DNA of 64,000 nucleotides, taken from a virus. The DNA lies in the IMG/VR virus record IMGVR_UViG_3300006793_000017, positions 27,814 to 91,813 of that record; one strand, 5' to 3'. A program made the position numbers and the translations under genes. The notes below the pieces were generated by a model. It was not told where the DNA came from and ran no database searches. It was given only the letters and a program-made list of their open reading frames with translations. Within the stretch, counting starts at the first letter, position 1. Every line of letters starts with the position of its first letter. This document shows positions 30,308 through 40,280 of this stretch, piece by piece.

Positions 30308-31315
30308 ATGGCATCACTCGCAGAAATAAGGGCTAAACTACAAGAGTCCAACAATCGTAACACTGGAAATTCTTCCGGTGGAGACAACGCAATTTACCCA
30401 CATTGGAATATGCAAGAAGGCAAAGAAGCAGTAATTCGTTTCTTACCTGACGCAGATCAATCTAATACGTTCTTTTGGGCAGAACGTGCAATGATTAAAC
30501 TTCCGTTTGCTGGAGTAAAAGGCGACACTGACTCACGTCAGGTTATTGTACAAGTTCCATGTATGGAAATGTATAATGATGGAACACCATGTCCGATCTT
30601 ATCAGAAGTTCGACCATGGTTTAAAGATAAATCTTTAGAAGATATGGGACGTAAGTATTGGAAAAAACGTTCGTATGTATTCCAAGGGTTTGTTACTGAA
30701 GACCCGCTAAACGAAGAAAGTTCTCCGGAAAACCCAATCCGTAGATTTATTATTGGACCACAGATCTTCCAGATCATTAAAGGTGCATTAATGGATCCTG
30801 AACTAGAAGAACTGCCAACAGATTATATGCGTGGCGTTGACTTTAGAGTTAAGAAAACTTCTAAAGGTGGCTATGCAGACTATTCTACATCATCTTGGTC
30901 ACGTAAAGAACGTGCATTAGATGACGCTGAAAAGGCAGCAATCGAAACGCATGGTCTTTACAACATGTCAGATTTCCTTCCAAAGAAACCTGGTGAGGTT
31001 GAGTTAAAGGTTATGAAAGAGATGTTCGAAGCGTCAGTAGACGGTGAGGCATATGATATGGACCGTTGGGGTCAGTACTTTAAGCCAGCAGGTATGGCGT
31101 CACGTACTGGAGATCCTAACAAGGCATATACTCCAACAACACCAGCGGCTCCGGCAACACCGGCAGCAACTCCTGCAACTCCAGCACCTGAAGCGGCTCC
31201 GGCAGCACCAGCGGCTGAGCCAGTAGCAGAAGCGGCACCAGCAGGTGAAGGCGATGGTTCTAACAGAGCGCAAGACATTCTTGCAATGATTAGAAGTAGA
31301 AACGCTAGTAACTAA
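30308..31315 (+). CDS. Single-stranded DNA-binding protein (T4 gp32-like)
   Basis: IRFLP, CPI, YWKK, GYADYSTS, Pro/Ala linker, DILAMIR tail; AGGAGG SD. Confidence 0.88.
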   Translation: MASLAEIRAKLQESNNRNTGNSSGGDNAIYPHWNMQEGKEAVIRFLPDADQSNTFFWAERAMIKLPFAGVKGDTDSRQVIVQVPCMEMYNDGTPCPILSEVRPWFKDKSLEDMGRKYWKKRSYVFQGFVTEDPLNEESSPENPIRRFIIGPQIFQIIKGALMDPELEELPTDYMRGVDFRVKKTSKGGYADYSTSSWSRKERALDDAEKAAIETHGLYNMSDFLPKKPGEVELKVMKEMFEASVDGEAYDMDRWGQYFKPAGMASRTGDPNKAYTPTTPAAPATPAATPATPAPEAAPAAPAAEPVAEAAPAGEGDGSNRAQDILAMIRSRNASN

Positions 31316-31316
31316 T

Positions 31317-31379
31317 TGTGTATGTGGAAGTTCCGGCTAAAATCTCCGTTCGGTAACCAGCGAGATCTTCCACACCACA
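31317..31379 (+). other. Structured intergenic element upstream of uvsX
   Basis: TGTGGAAG/CTTCCACA outer stem, ATCTC/GAGAT inner stem, 11-nt asymmetric bulge. Confidence 0.5.
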
Positions 31380-31403
31380 CTTTAACACATAGGAAAGGTA
31401 ATT

Positions 31404-32477
31404 ATGGCGAAAGCATTTGATATAAGTAAATTCAGAAAGACAATCACTAAGAGCATTGACGGACTTGGTATTGGCTTTAATGATCCAACTGATTGGGTCA
31501 GCACAGGAAACTATGCACTAAACTATCTTGTAAGTGGTGACTTTAATAAAGGTGTTCCACTTGGTAAGGTAACAGTGTTTGCAGGTGAATCAGGTAGTGG
31601 TAAGAGTTACTTCTGTTCAGCAAACATTGTAAAGGCTGCACAAGAACAAGGCATCTTTGTAGTTCTTATTGACTCAGAGAACGCACTTGACGAAGCGTGG
31701 CTACAAGCACTTGACGTAGATACTTCAGAAGATAAACTACTTAAACTTAACATGTCAATGATTGATGACGTTGCTAAAACAGTATCAGAGTTCATGAAAG
31801 AATATCGTGATATGACTGAAGAAGAACGTCCTAAAGTATTATTTGTAATTGATTCGTTAGGTATGTTATTAACACCTACTGACGTTGACCAATTCCAAAA
31901 AGGTGATATGAAAGGTGACATGGGTCGTAAGCCTAAGGCATTGACTGCACTTGTTCGTAACACAGTTAACATGATTGGTAGTTACAATGTAGGTATGGTA
32001 TGTACTAACCACACGTATGCATCACAGGATATGTTTGATCCAGATGATAAGATTAGCGGTGGACAAGGGTTTGTATATGCTTCTAGTATTGTTGTAGCTA
32101 TTAAGAAACTTAAACTTAAAGTAGACGCAGACGGTAACAAAACTTCACAAGTACATGGTATTAGAGCAGCGTGTAAGGTAATGAAAACACGTTACAACAA
32201 ACCATTTGAAAGTGTACAAGTTGAAATACCATACGAAACAGGCATGGATCCACACAGTGGGTTGATTGAATTGTTCGAAGCAAAAGGATATCTTAAAAAG
32301 TCAGGTAATAGACTTGAGTATACAAGTCCAGCAACTGGCGAAGTTATGCTAGAATATCGAAAAGCATGGACTGGAGATAAATTACAGATAATTATGGACG
32401 ATATCATAAATACACCTGTAACAGAGACACCTGTCGAGGTCGACGAGGAAGTCTTCGAAGAACAACCAACTGAATAA
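31404..32477 (+). CDS. uvsX: RecA-like recombinase
   Basis: GESGSGKS Walker A, IDSENA, VIDSLG, NHTY, SGG, KTRY. Confidence 0.92.
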   Translation: MAKAFDISKFRKTITKSIDGLGIGFNDPTDWVSTGNYALNYLVSGDFNKGVPLGKVTVFAGESGSGKSYFCSANIVKAAQEQGIFVVLIDSENALDEAWLQALDVDTSEDKLLKLNMSMIDDVAKTVSEFMKEYRDMTEEERPKVLFVIDSLGMLLTPTDVDQFQKGDMKGDMGRKPKALTALVRNTVNMIGSYNVGMVCTNHTYASQDMFDPDDKISGGQGFVYASSIVVAIKKLKLKVDADGNKTSQVHGIRAACKVMKTRYNKPFESVQVEIPYETGMDPHSGLIELFEAKGYLKKSGNRLEYTSPATGEVMLEYRKAWTGDKLQIIMDDIINTPVTETPVEVDEEVFEEQPTE

Positions 32478-32491
32478 TGGAGTAGAAATCT

Positions 32492-32746
32492 ATGCAATCT
32501 GATCTTATTGCTGACATTTGGAACGTAGTGTCAGAACATGTTCCTGAGAAGGAAAAACAAGAAGTAGCAAAAAACTTTGTTACTGCTTTAGTGGACCACG
32601 GAGTATCTGAAATTGCAATCAACGAACTCTTTGGTATTGACACATACTTGGATACTGCAATTGAGTATGTAACTGAAGACGAAGATGACGGCGACACTAA
32701 TTACGATGAAGACGTCGAAGATGCAATTTGGGACGATGAGGATTAA
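32492..32746 (+). CDS. Acidic hypothetical protein
   Basis: ORF between uvsX and uvsY with GGAG SD. Confidence 0.6.
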   Translation: MQSDLIADIWNVVSEHVPEKEKQEVAKNFVTALVDHGVSEIAINELFGIDTYLDTAIEYVTEDEDDGDTNYDEDVEDAIWDDED

Positions 32747-33202
32747 ATGAACTGGTACGATCAAGTTTCTAAAGATATTTCGAAGATACCTGCCGCTGTG
32801 CAGTACTACGAAGCAGAATTATTACAGGCTAAAAAAGAAACAAATGTTGTTGGACGTCTTGAAAAAGCATCAGCACAAATGCCTGCAATTGTAGAAACTA
32901 GATTTGGTCAGTTACAAGAGATCGAAGCAATACTCGAATATTTAAACATTGAGCTTCGCCGTTTACGTAGCACACACTTTAGAAAATATGTTGAAAATTA
33001 TCAACGTCAATTAAGTTCTAGAGATGCTGAAAAATTTGTAGATGGCGAAGCTGATGTTGTAGACTTTGAAAAAATTATTAACGAGTTTGCATTATTACGT
33101 AATAAATGGCTAGGCATTATCAAAGGACTAGACATTAAACAATGGCAAGTATCTAATATCGTCAAACTAAGAACAGCTGGTTTGGACGACGCAACCATTT
33201 AA
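32747..33202 (+). CDS. uvsY: Recombination mediator
   Basis: Helical, DAEKFVDGE, KGLDIKQWQ..NIVKLR.AG; follows uvsX. Confidence 0.82.
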   Translation: MNWYDQVSKDISKIPAAVQYYEAELLQAKKETNVVGRLEKASAQMPAIVETRFGQLQEIEAILEYLNIELRRLRSTHFRKYVENYQRQLSSRDAEKFVDGEADVVDFEKIINEFALLRNKWLGIIKGLDIKQWQVSNIVKLRTAGLDDATI

Positions 33203-33224
33203 TTTTCTTTACATAAACTGCGCA

Positions 33225-33232
33225 TATAAATA
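33225..33232 (+). promoter_or_regulatory. Full T4 late promoter TATAAATA heading the glycan operon
   Basis: TATAAATA-ctagt-ATG (33238). Confidence 0.8.
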
Positions 33233-33237
33233 CTAGT

Positions 33238-34020
33238 ATGAAAAGAATCGTACTAGTAACAGGCGGGTTTGATCCCTTACACAGTGGGCATATAGCCTAT
33301 TTCAAAGCAGCCAAAGAACTTGGTAACGAGTTATGGGTTGGTGTTAACAGTGACGAATGGTTAACAAACAAAAAAGGCATGCCGTTTATGCCTGTACAAG
33401 AAAGAATTGCTATTATTAAAGAACTTGCTGTAGTAGACAATGTTATTACATTTGATGATGATAAGGAAGGATCTGCATGTGGTGCAATAGAAGTAGCACT
33501 TAAAACATCTGAAACAATGCATGACATGATAGTGTTTGCTAATGGCGGTGATAGAGGTGAAGGCAATTCACCAGAAGTAACAAAATTTGCTGACAACAAA
33601 AGAGTAGAATTTAAATTTGGTGTTGGCGGAACAGACAAAAAGAACAGTTCAAGTTGGATTTTAGGAGAATGGAAAACACCTAAAACAAAACGCAAATGGG
33701 GTTGGTATAGAGTATTAGATCATCAACCTGAAAACAATTTTAAAATTAAAGAATTAGTAATTGAGCCAGGTGCATGTCTTTCTGATCAAAGACACTTTCA
33801 AAGATCAGAACATTGGTATGTACTAAAAGGCAAAGTTAAAATGCAAACAGAGTGGAACAACATTAGTGATACTGTAGAGCTTTTACCCTTAACAAAAGGA
33901 TATGATATTTCAGTAGGTACTTGGCATAAAGCAAGTAACCCCACAGATGATTTAACACACATACTAGAAGTTCAATACGGGGAAGCCTGTGTTGAAGAGG
34001 ATATTGAAAGACGTGACTAA
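33238..34020 (+). CDS. Cytidylyltransferase (TagD/RfaE-like) fused to cupin (mannose-6-P isomerase type II-like)
   Basis: GGFDPLHSGH (HIGH), GVNSD, FANGGDR, NSSS; then WGWY, LS.QRHFQRSEHW, WH, ILEVQYG. Confidence 0.88.
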   Translation: MKRIVLVTGGFDPLHSGHIAYFKAAKELGNELWVGVNSDEWLTNKKGMPFMPVQERIAIIKELAVVDNVITFDDDKEGSACGAIEVALKTSETMHDMIVFANGGDRGEGNSPEVTKFADNKRVEFKFGVGGTDKKNSSSWILGEWKTPKTKRKWGWYRVLDHQPENNFKIKELVIEPGACLSDQRHFQRSEHWYVLKGKVKMQTEWNNISDTVELLPLTKGYDISVGTWHKASNPTDDLTHILEVQYGEACVEEDIERRD

Positions 34021-34822
34021 TTGGATTTTTGTAAGCAAGGGTAAAAAAGACCCTTATATAAATCGCTTTGCTAGAGGATGTAATCAACCTGTTCAAGATT
34101 CAAACACGTTTGATTATGATGCTTCTGAAGATCCAATTGTATTACGAGGTATTCTAAAAAAGAAGTGGATGCATAGATGTTGGGAAGATGGCAGAGATTT
34201 TTATTATATGGATACAGGATACTTTGGTAATGAAGTAAGTCCTAGTAATCCTAATGGTTGGAAATTTTGGCATCGTATTGTAAAGAACAATCTACAACAT
34301 AATAAACTAATTGACAGACCATCTCAGAGATTTGAAGGCTTCGGCAAAAAGTTTAGGCCATGGAATAAGAAAGGTAGAAAGATTCTTATTGCAGCACCAG
34401 ACGAAAAGCCTATGAAGTTTTATGATCTTGATTTAGAAGAGTGGTTAGCAGAAACTGTTAATACACTAAAACAACACACTGACAGACCTATCGAAATTAG
34501 ACAACGTAATAAACAAAGAGTAGATAGAATGCTACACAACACGCTAGAAGAAGCCTTAGACGACGATGTGTACGCTCTTGTTACATTTAATAGTAATGCA
34601 GCAGTTGAGAGTGTATTTCAGGGTATTCCGGTATTTACGTTAGCGCCTGTTAGTGCAGCAAACCCAGTCGGACTACAAGACTTATCATTAATAGAAAAAC
34701 CGTATTATCCAAGCAGTGATAAATTATTTGCTTGGGGCTGTCATTTAGCAGCAGGTCAATTTCACGACAGTGAACTACGCACAGGAAAAGCAAGAGCGTA
34801 TTTGGAGGAACAATGGACTTAA
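34013..34822 (+). CDS. KpsC/KpsS-like glycosyltransferase paralog 1
   Basis: DTGYF, PW.K.G, TDRPI, VTFNSNAAVESVFQGIPVF, LA.GQF. Confidence 0.55.
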   Translation: MTNWIFVSKGKKDPYINRFARGCNQPVQDSNTFDYDASEDPIVLRGILKKKWMHRCWEDGRDFYYMDTGYFGNEVSPSNPNGWKFWHRIVKNNLQHNKLIDRPSQRFEGFGKKFRPWNKKGRKILIAAPDEKPMKFYDLDLEEWLAETVNTLKQHTDRPIEIRQRNKQRVDRMLHNTLEEALDDDVYALVTFNSNAAVESVFQGIPVFTLAPVSAANPVGLQDLSLIEKPYYPSSDKLFAWGCHLAAGQFHDSELRTGKARAYLEEQWT

Positions 34823-35511
34823 AAGTATTCGTAGGATACGATACTAGAGAAGATATTGCATATCAAGTTTGCAGACACAGTATCTTAACAAGAAATGAAA
34901 ACGTATCAGTAACACCGTTAAAACAAAATGAATTAAGAGAACAAGGTTGGTATCATCGACCTGTAGATAAATTAGCGTCAACAGAATTTACATTTACACG
35001 CTTTTTAGTACCAGAGCTTACAAACTTTGATGGCTGGGCATTGTTTTGTGATAGCGACATTATCTTTTTAACAGATATAAAAGAACTATTTGATCAAGCA
35101 GATGACAAGTATGCAGTTATGTGTGTGCAACATGATTATACACCTAAGGAAGGTGTAAAAATGGACGGACAAAAACAAACTATATACCCACGTAAAAATT
35201 GGTCAAGTGTAATTTTATACAACTGTGGACATCCTAGTAACAAAAAGATTACTATGGATCTTGTAAATGACCCTGCTATTACAGGTGCATACTTACATAG
35301 ATTTAGTTGGTTAGATGACAGTGAAATTGGTGAGCTAGGTAAAGAATGGAATTGGTTAGTTGACTGGTATGAAGAAACAGAAGATAGTAAACCAAAAGCA
35401 ATTCATTATACAGAAGGCGGACCTTGGTTTGACAATTATCGTAGATGCACTTACCATAAACAATGGAAAAGAGAATTATTTGAGATGATGAAATTTAAGG
35501 TTAATCTTTAA
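34813..35511 (+). CDS. GT-A (GT8-like) glycosyltransferase
   Basis: VFVGYD.RE, STEFTFTRF, FCDSD (DxD), RKNWSS, HYTEGGPW. Confidence 0.8.
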   Translation: MDLKVFVGYDTREDIAYQVCRHSILTRNENVSVTPLKQNELREQGWYHRPVDKLASTEFTFTRFLVPELTNFDGWALFCDSDIIFLTDIKELFDQADDKYAVMCVQHDYTPKEGVKMDGQKQTIYPRKNWSSVILYNCGHPSNKKITMDLVNDPAITGAYLHRFSWLDDSEIGELGKEWNWLVDWYEETEDSKPKAIHYTEGGPWFDNYRRCTYHKQWKRELFEMMKFKVNL

Positions 35512-36290
35512 TGGACAAAATATCTCCTGAAGAAATATTGGTAGAAGGATCAGGCAACAAACTAACTGTTGAATCGTCTGAAACTGAAAAGCCAATGGTC
35601 ATCAGAGGGGTAATCAAAAAACAACATGCTGATAACTGTGTAAAAGAGAACAGAGATTATTGGTATATTGATACTGGATACTTTGGAAACTTTCCTAGTC
35701 CAGGTAATAAAAAAGGTGGAAAGAAATGGCATCGTATTGTTAAAAACGAAAACCAACTTTCTACTTTTAGACCCAACATACCAAACGATAGATGGAACAT
35801 GTTAGTTGAAGATGATCCAAGACTAGTGTGGAAAGGATGGAAAAATTACGATAAGAAAATTCTTTTAGTAATGCCTAATCCTAAAGCATGTGTTTGGTAT
35901 GACATTGATTACGATAAATGGGTCAAACAAACTACAAAGACTATTAAAAAATACTGCGACTTACCTATTGAAGTAAGAGTAAAAGGTTCACGTACAGAAC
36001 GTAACTTTGAATATTCAATATATGACGCATTTGAAACTGGTGTGTATGCTACTGTCGCAATGAATAGCATGGCAGCACTAGAATCAGTACTATACGGTGT
36101 ACCAGCATTTGTAAGTGTTCCTTGTGCAGCATCACCGTTAGCCTCAACCGATCTGAGTCAGCTTAGTAATCCTTACAAACCTGAAGCAGATAAAATATTA
36201 CAGCACTGTCATAGTTTAGCCTATGGACAATTTACATTTGATGAAGTAGAACAGGGCCGTGCATATAAACTAGTGGAGAAATACTCTTAA
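35511..36290 (+). CDS. KpsC/KpsS-like glycosyltransferase paralog 2
   Basis: DTGYF, WHRIVKN, NSMAALESVLYGVPAF, LAYGQF. Confidence 0.55.
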   Translation: MDKISPEEILVEGSGNKLTVESSETEKPMVIRGVIKKQHADNCVKENRDYWYIDTGYFGNFPSPGNKKGGKKWHRIVKNENQLSTFRPNIPNDRWNMLVEDDPRLVWKGWKNYDKKILLVMPNPKACVWYDIDYDKWVKQTTKTIKKYCDLPIEVRVKGSRTERNFEYSIYDAFETGVYATVAMNSMAALESVLYGVPAFVSVPCAASPLASTDLSQLSNPYKPEADKILQHCHSLAYGQFTFDEVEQGRAYKLVEKYS

Positions 36291-37396
36291 TGAAACTATT
36301 AATGAATGACAAAGAGATTGCAAACTATTTGTTATCGCTAGTGCCTGTTCCACAAGAACTTTACAAGTTTAATATTCAAGACAGGTATACAGCAACATAC
36401 ATTCAAGACCATATTAGTAAAAGAGCTAAATGGAAAGATCCTAGACGTGAACTTGATAAAGAAGAAAAGAAAAAGTTCAAAGATAAATTGTTTAAGGCTG
36501 TGCGTAGAGATTTAGATGAGTGGGTAGACGTAGTTAATACCAACAAAGGTCACATACGTAATGCTTACTTTGATGCTATTCATAATAACATAGAATATTT
36601 TATTGATGCGTTTGGTATTGAAAATATATTTGAATCGTATAAAAAGGCTCGTTATAAAAACTTTGTAAAAGGTACAGGGCAATGGGTAGGCGATGGTAAA
36701 GATAATACTTACGTTCGTAGAAGAGATTTTAACAGTTTAGAAGAAGATTGTTTAATTAGAAACACTGTAGGTAACGAAGATTTACTTGTTGGAAAAATTG
36801 ATAACAATTATCCTTTTTGGTTTATTGATAGTGGGTACACTAACTTTTTAGAAACAAGCAAAGTATGGCATAGAGTTGTACGTAGTCATTTGCACTACGG
36901 TAAGTCATTTGATGCGCCAGCAGATAGATTAGGTAATTTTAAGACGTTTCCTAATCCTTGGAGAAAGGACGGAGAAATTATTTACGTAATCGAACCTGGT
37001 CCTTTTGCAGCAAGTATTATGCACGTAGATCTAAAGACATGGAAGTATGATGTAGCAAAAGAGTTACGCAAGTATACAGACAAACGTATTAGATTTAGAA
37101 AGAAAGCACCTAAAAAGAAGAGAAGTAATTTACATAAAGAGCTCTTAAATGACGATTATTACTGTGTAGTGAACATCAATAGTAACGCAGCAACTGAAGC
37201 AATATGGGCTGGCGTACCTGCAATTACACTAGATAGACACATTACTAATCCAGTTACAAGAAACAAACTTTCAGATATTAATGATTTATATCGAGGTAAC
37301 TTAGGTTCTTGGTTATGTATGCTTTCATACTCTCAATACACAAAAGAAGAGCTTATGAATGGTGTAGCAATTAAGAATGTAAAGAGATTACCATGA
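36290..37396 (+). CDS. KpsC/KpsS-like glycosyltransferase paralog 3
   Basis: DSGY, WHR, PWRKDG, NSNAATEAIWAGVP, LSYSQY. Confidence 0.55.
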   Translation: MKLLMNDKEIANYLLSLVPVPQELYKFNIQDRYTATYIQDHISKRAKWKDPRRELDKEEKKKFKDKLFKAVRRDLDEWVDVVNTNKGHIRNAYFDAIHNNIEYFIDAFGIENIFESYKKARYKNFVKGTGQWVGDGKDNTYVRRRDFNSLEEDCLIRNTVGNEDLLVGKIDNNYPFWFIDSGYTNFLETSKVWHRVVRSHLHYGKSFDAPADRLGNFKTFPNPWRKDGEIIYVIEPGPFAASIMHVDLKTWKYDVAKELRKYTDKRIRFRKKAPKKKRSNLHKELLNDDYYCVVNINSNAATEAIWAGVPAITLDRHITNPVTRNKLSDINDLYRGNLGSWLCMLSYSQYTKEELMNGVAIKNVKRLP

Positions 37397-38307
37397 CAGT
37401 AGCAGTAGCATATTACGGAGGTATTCCACCGCATAATAATAATCTAGAGAAACCTATGATCCTAGATAATTTTTTAACTGGAGTACGAAATTCTGGCGAT
37501 ACTGCTATTGCACAAACAGCAATGCAAGTTGTACCAAATGCTGATGTTGCACTTATACAAGGCTTTGTACACGAGCATGGAAAAACTGCACCTCATTTAG
37601 TTTTAAGAAGAAATGCAGTTGAACAACAAATTAATAACGGTAAAAAAGCATTAATTGTAGACAGTAACTTATTCTTAGCATATGATAGCGGAAATGTAAA
37701 TCGTTATTTAAGATATAGTTTCAATGGTGTGTTTCCTACAACAGGATTTTACTTTGATACAGATGTTGATCCTAACAGATGGACAAAAATTAGTAGCAAA
37801 CTAGGTATACAAATGAAGCCATGGAGAACAAGTGGTAATCATATTCTAGTTTGTTTGCAACGTAACGGTGGTTGGAGTATGCGTGGGTATAACAGCGTAC
37901 AATGGGCAAACGATACTATTGCAACACTAAGAGAGATTACGGATAGACCAATAATTGTTAGAGGTCATCCAGGAGATAAAAAGACTAGATACTTCCCACA
38001 ACACAAAGACGTATTTTTAAGCAGTAACCCCAGTATATTACAAGATTTACAAGGTGCTTGGGCAACTGTGCTATATAATAGTAGTCCGAGTGTAGTTAGT
38101 GCTATCGAAGGCGTGCCTGTGTTCTTAACAGACCCACAACCTGAACACAGTCAAAGTCACGAAGTATCTAATACAAAAATAAAAAGAATAAACGATCCTA
38201 AACTTTTTGATAGAGAAGATTGGGTGCAAAAGTTAGCAATGTGTCATTGGAACTTTGAAGAATTAGCCTCAGGTGAGGCATGGCGACACTTTAGGAGATA
38301 CTTATGA
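37393..38307 (+). CDS. KpsC/KpsS-like glycosyltransferase paralog 4
   Basis: KPWR..G.HIL..LQ, TDRPIIVRGHP, YNSSPSVVSAIEGVPVF. Confidence 0.58.
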   Translation: MTVAVAYYGGIPPHNNNLEKPMILDNFLTGVRNSGDTAIAQTAMQVVPNADVALIQGFVHEHGKTAPHLVLRRNAVEQQINNGKKALIVDSNLFLAYDSGNVNRYLRYSFNGVFPTTGFYFDTDVDPNRWTKISSKLGIQMKPWRTSGNHILVCLQRNGGWSMRGYNSVQWANDTIATLREITDRPIIVRGHPGDKKTRYFPQHKDVFLSSNPSILQDLQGAWATVLYNSSPSVVSAIEGVPVFLTDPQPEHSQSHEVSNTKIKRINDPKLFDREDWVQKLAMCHWNFEELASGEAWRHFRRYL

Positions 38308-39050
38308 TACAGTTAGACAACGGCTGGTACATGCCAGACAACGAAGTTAAAATGACAAGACATATTCAAGAAGATACCGACATGTCTAACCCTAATTATG
38401 AAAGAAAAATTAGACAAAGGATCATTGATACTATACCTTTGAAGCAAACATTTGTAGATGTAGGAGCAAATGTAGGTGTTTGGTCAATGGATATGAAAAA
38501 ACATTTTAAGAAAGTTGTATCTTATGAGCCTAGTACAAGAGTTCATGAATGTTTAATAAAAAATATAGGTGATGCTGCAAATGTTGAAGTTAGAGATTCA
38601 GCACTTGGTGATAAAGAAGTCGTTGTACAGTTTCATGACGGTATTAAGAACTGCGGAGACAGTAAAATTGCAATGTGGGAGTCACCTGACTTTTATACAG
38701 TGCAAGTAAAGAGATTAGATGACGAAAATCTTAAAAATATTTCATTAATTAAAATTGATGTACAAGGTTATGAACTTCCTGCAATTTTAGGCATGGAAAA
38801 GGTTATAGAAGAACAAAATCCTTGGGTATGTTTTGAAATTAATAACGATGTAGACACAGCAGTTGACTTTTTTATGAAAAGAAATTATGATCAAGTATAC
38901 ATGAAGTCAAAAAGGGTTATGATTATGGCTCCTAAGTCAGGATTTATGGCTCCTGCTAAAAATCACATGGGTAGATACCTAGGCGATGGACCGTATGAAA
39001 AATTTAGTGGTAAAAGTGGCAAGGTAATACCTTTACAGCAAGGAAGATGA
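38304..39050 (+). CDS. FkbM-family methyltransferase
   Basis: VDVGANVG, YEP, IKIDVQGYE. Confidence 0.88.
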   Translation: MIQLDNGWYMPDNEVKMTRHIQEDTDMSNPNYERKIRQRIIDTIPLKQTFVDVGANVGVWSMDMKKHFKKVVSYEPSTRVHECLIKNIGDAANVEVRDSALGDKEVVVQFHDGIKNCGDSKIAMWESPDFYTVQVKRLDDENLKNISLIKIDVQGYELPAILGMEKVIEEQNPWVCFEINNDVDTAVDFFMKRNYDQVYMKSKRVMIMAPKSGFMAPAKNHMGRYLGDGPYEKFSGKSGKVIPLQQGR

Positions 39051-39051
39051 C

Positions 39052-39471
39052 GTGTCTAAAGCAACAAAAAGAATTTTAAAGAGTGCAGTTAAGACACCTT
39101 TTGTTGATTGCTTAGTTATAGGGCAAGGACTTGGTGTATTTGACGAATTATTTGATTTATTTGGCACTGTTTTTGTATATGACAAAGGTGCACCAAGAGT
39201 AAGACGTGCAAATGTTGTATATAAGTCAAAATTAAAGGATTGTTTTGTTCCAACTATAACAACAATCTTTATAGATAGAGATTTATTAAAAGTGTTGGAC
39301 CATATGGGTTCAATTTTAAGTAATCCAAGTCCAGATGTTTTCATTGAAGACGAGAAAGTGATAGATAGAGTACAAAGTGCTAATCTTTATAGACATAAGT
39401 ACAATGCAGTTGCACAGGCTGGCACTTTTCACGTTTGGACTTGCAAGAAAAACGGAGATTTTTTCCAATGA
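39052..39471 (+). CDS. Hypothetical protein (possible degenerate Rossmann)
   Basis: GTG start, LVIGQGLG. Confidence 0.45.
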   Translation: MSKATKRILKSAVKTPFVDCLVIGQGLGVFDELFDLFGTVFVYDKGAPRVRRANVVYKSKLKDCFVPTITTIFIDRDLLKVLDHMGSILSNPSPDVFIEDEKVIDRVQSANLYRHKYNAVAQAGTFHVWTCKKNGDFFQ

Positions 39472-40280
39472 CAATTAGTGTAGTAACAACATTCCACGCA
39501 AAAGGCTTACAACAGTACGGACAACGCATGATCGACAGTTTTATCGATAATTGGCCAGAAGAAGTGAAGCTACATGTATACGCAGAAGACTGTAATCCGC
39601 GAATTAAGGACCATAATAGAGTTGTATTGTACGATTTACACTCGTCAGTACCAGAACTTGTAGCATTTAAGAATACATGGAAAGATGTACCTAAAGCAAA
39701 CGGAGATGTTAGCGGAGATCCTATAAGAAGTAAAAGAAGAGACTCAGGTAAAGGATTTAAATGGGACGCAATTCGCTTTGCACACAAAGTTTACAGTATT
39801 TTTCACTGTGCAAAAGTGTGTGACACACAAAGATTAATGTGGATGGATGCTGATACGTTTTGTCATAGCCCAATTACGTATCAAAGACTAAATGAACTAA
39901 CACCTCCTAACTTTGATGTGTGTTTTCTTGGTAGAAAAGGCAAATTTAGTGAGTGCGGACTTTATTCTCTTACACTAGGTAACAAACAAACCAAAAGATT
40001 TATGAAAGAGTTTCAACGTGTTTACGATGAAGCAGAAAATGAAGGTATTTTTCAAATGGCAGAATGGCACGACAGTTTTGTATTTGATGTTGTTCGTCAA
40101 AGAGTTAAAATGCACGAATGGGATTGGGCAGCAGGACTTGTTACTGGTGAAGGACACCCACTAATTAACTCAATGTGGGGAGCATACCTTGATCATCTTA
40201 AAGGAGGTCGTAAGGCTCTTGGAAAAAGCAAACGTACAGACTTACTTGTACCAAGAACGGAACCATACTGGAACCAATAA
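39468..40280 (+). CDS. GT-A glycosyltransferase (nucleotide-diphospho-sugar transferase-like)
   Basis: VVTTF, RFAHKV, WMDAD (DxD), ECG, WHDSFVFD, HLKG. Confidence 0.72.
   Translation: MTISVVTTFHAKGLQQYGQRMIDSFIDNWPEEVKLHVYAEDCNPRIKDHNRVVLYDLHSSVPELVAFKNTWKDVPKANGDVSGDPIRSKRRDSGKGFKWDAIRFAHKVYSIFHCAKVCDTQRLMWMDADTFCHSPITYQRLNELTPPNFDVCFLGRKGKFSECGLYSLTLGNKQTKRFMKEFQRVYDEAENEGIFQMAEWHDSFVFDVVRQRVKMHEWDWAAGLVTGEGHPLINSMWGAYLDHLKGGRKALGKSKRTDLLVPRTEPYWNQ

Noticed and set aside
31130-31250. Tandem GC-rich repeats at 3' end of gp32
   Set aside because: Simply encode the Pro/Ala linker
31323-31360. preQ1-I riboswitch or twister ribozyme resemblance
   Set aside because: No A-rich L3 tail and twister core residues not matched; retained only as an unknown structure
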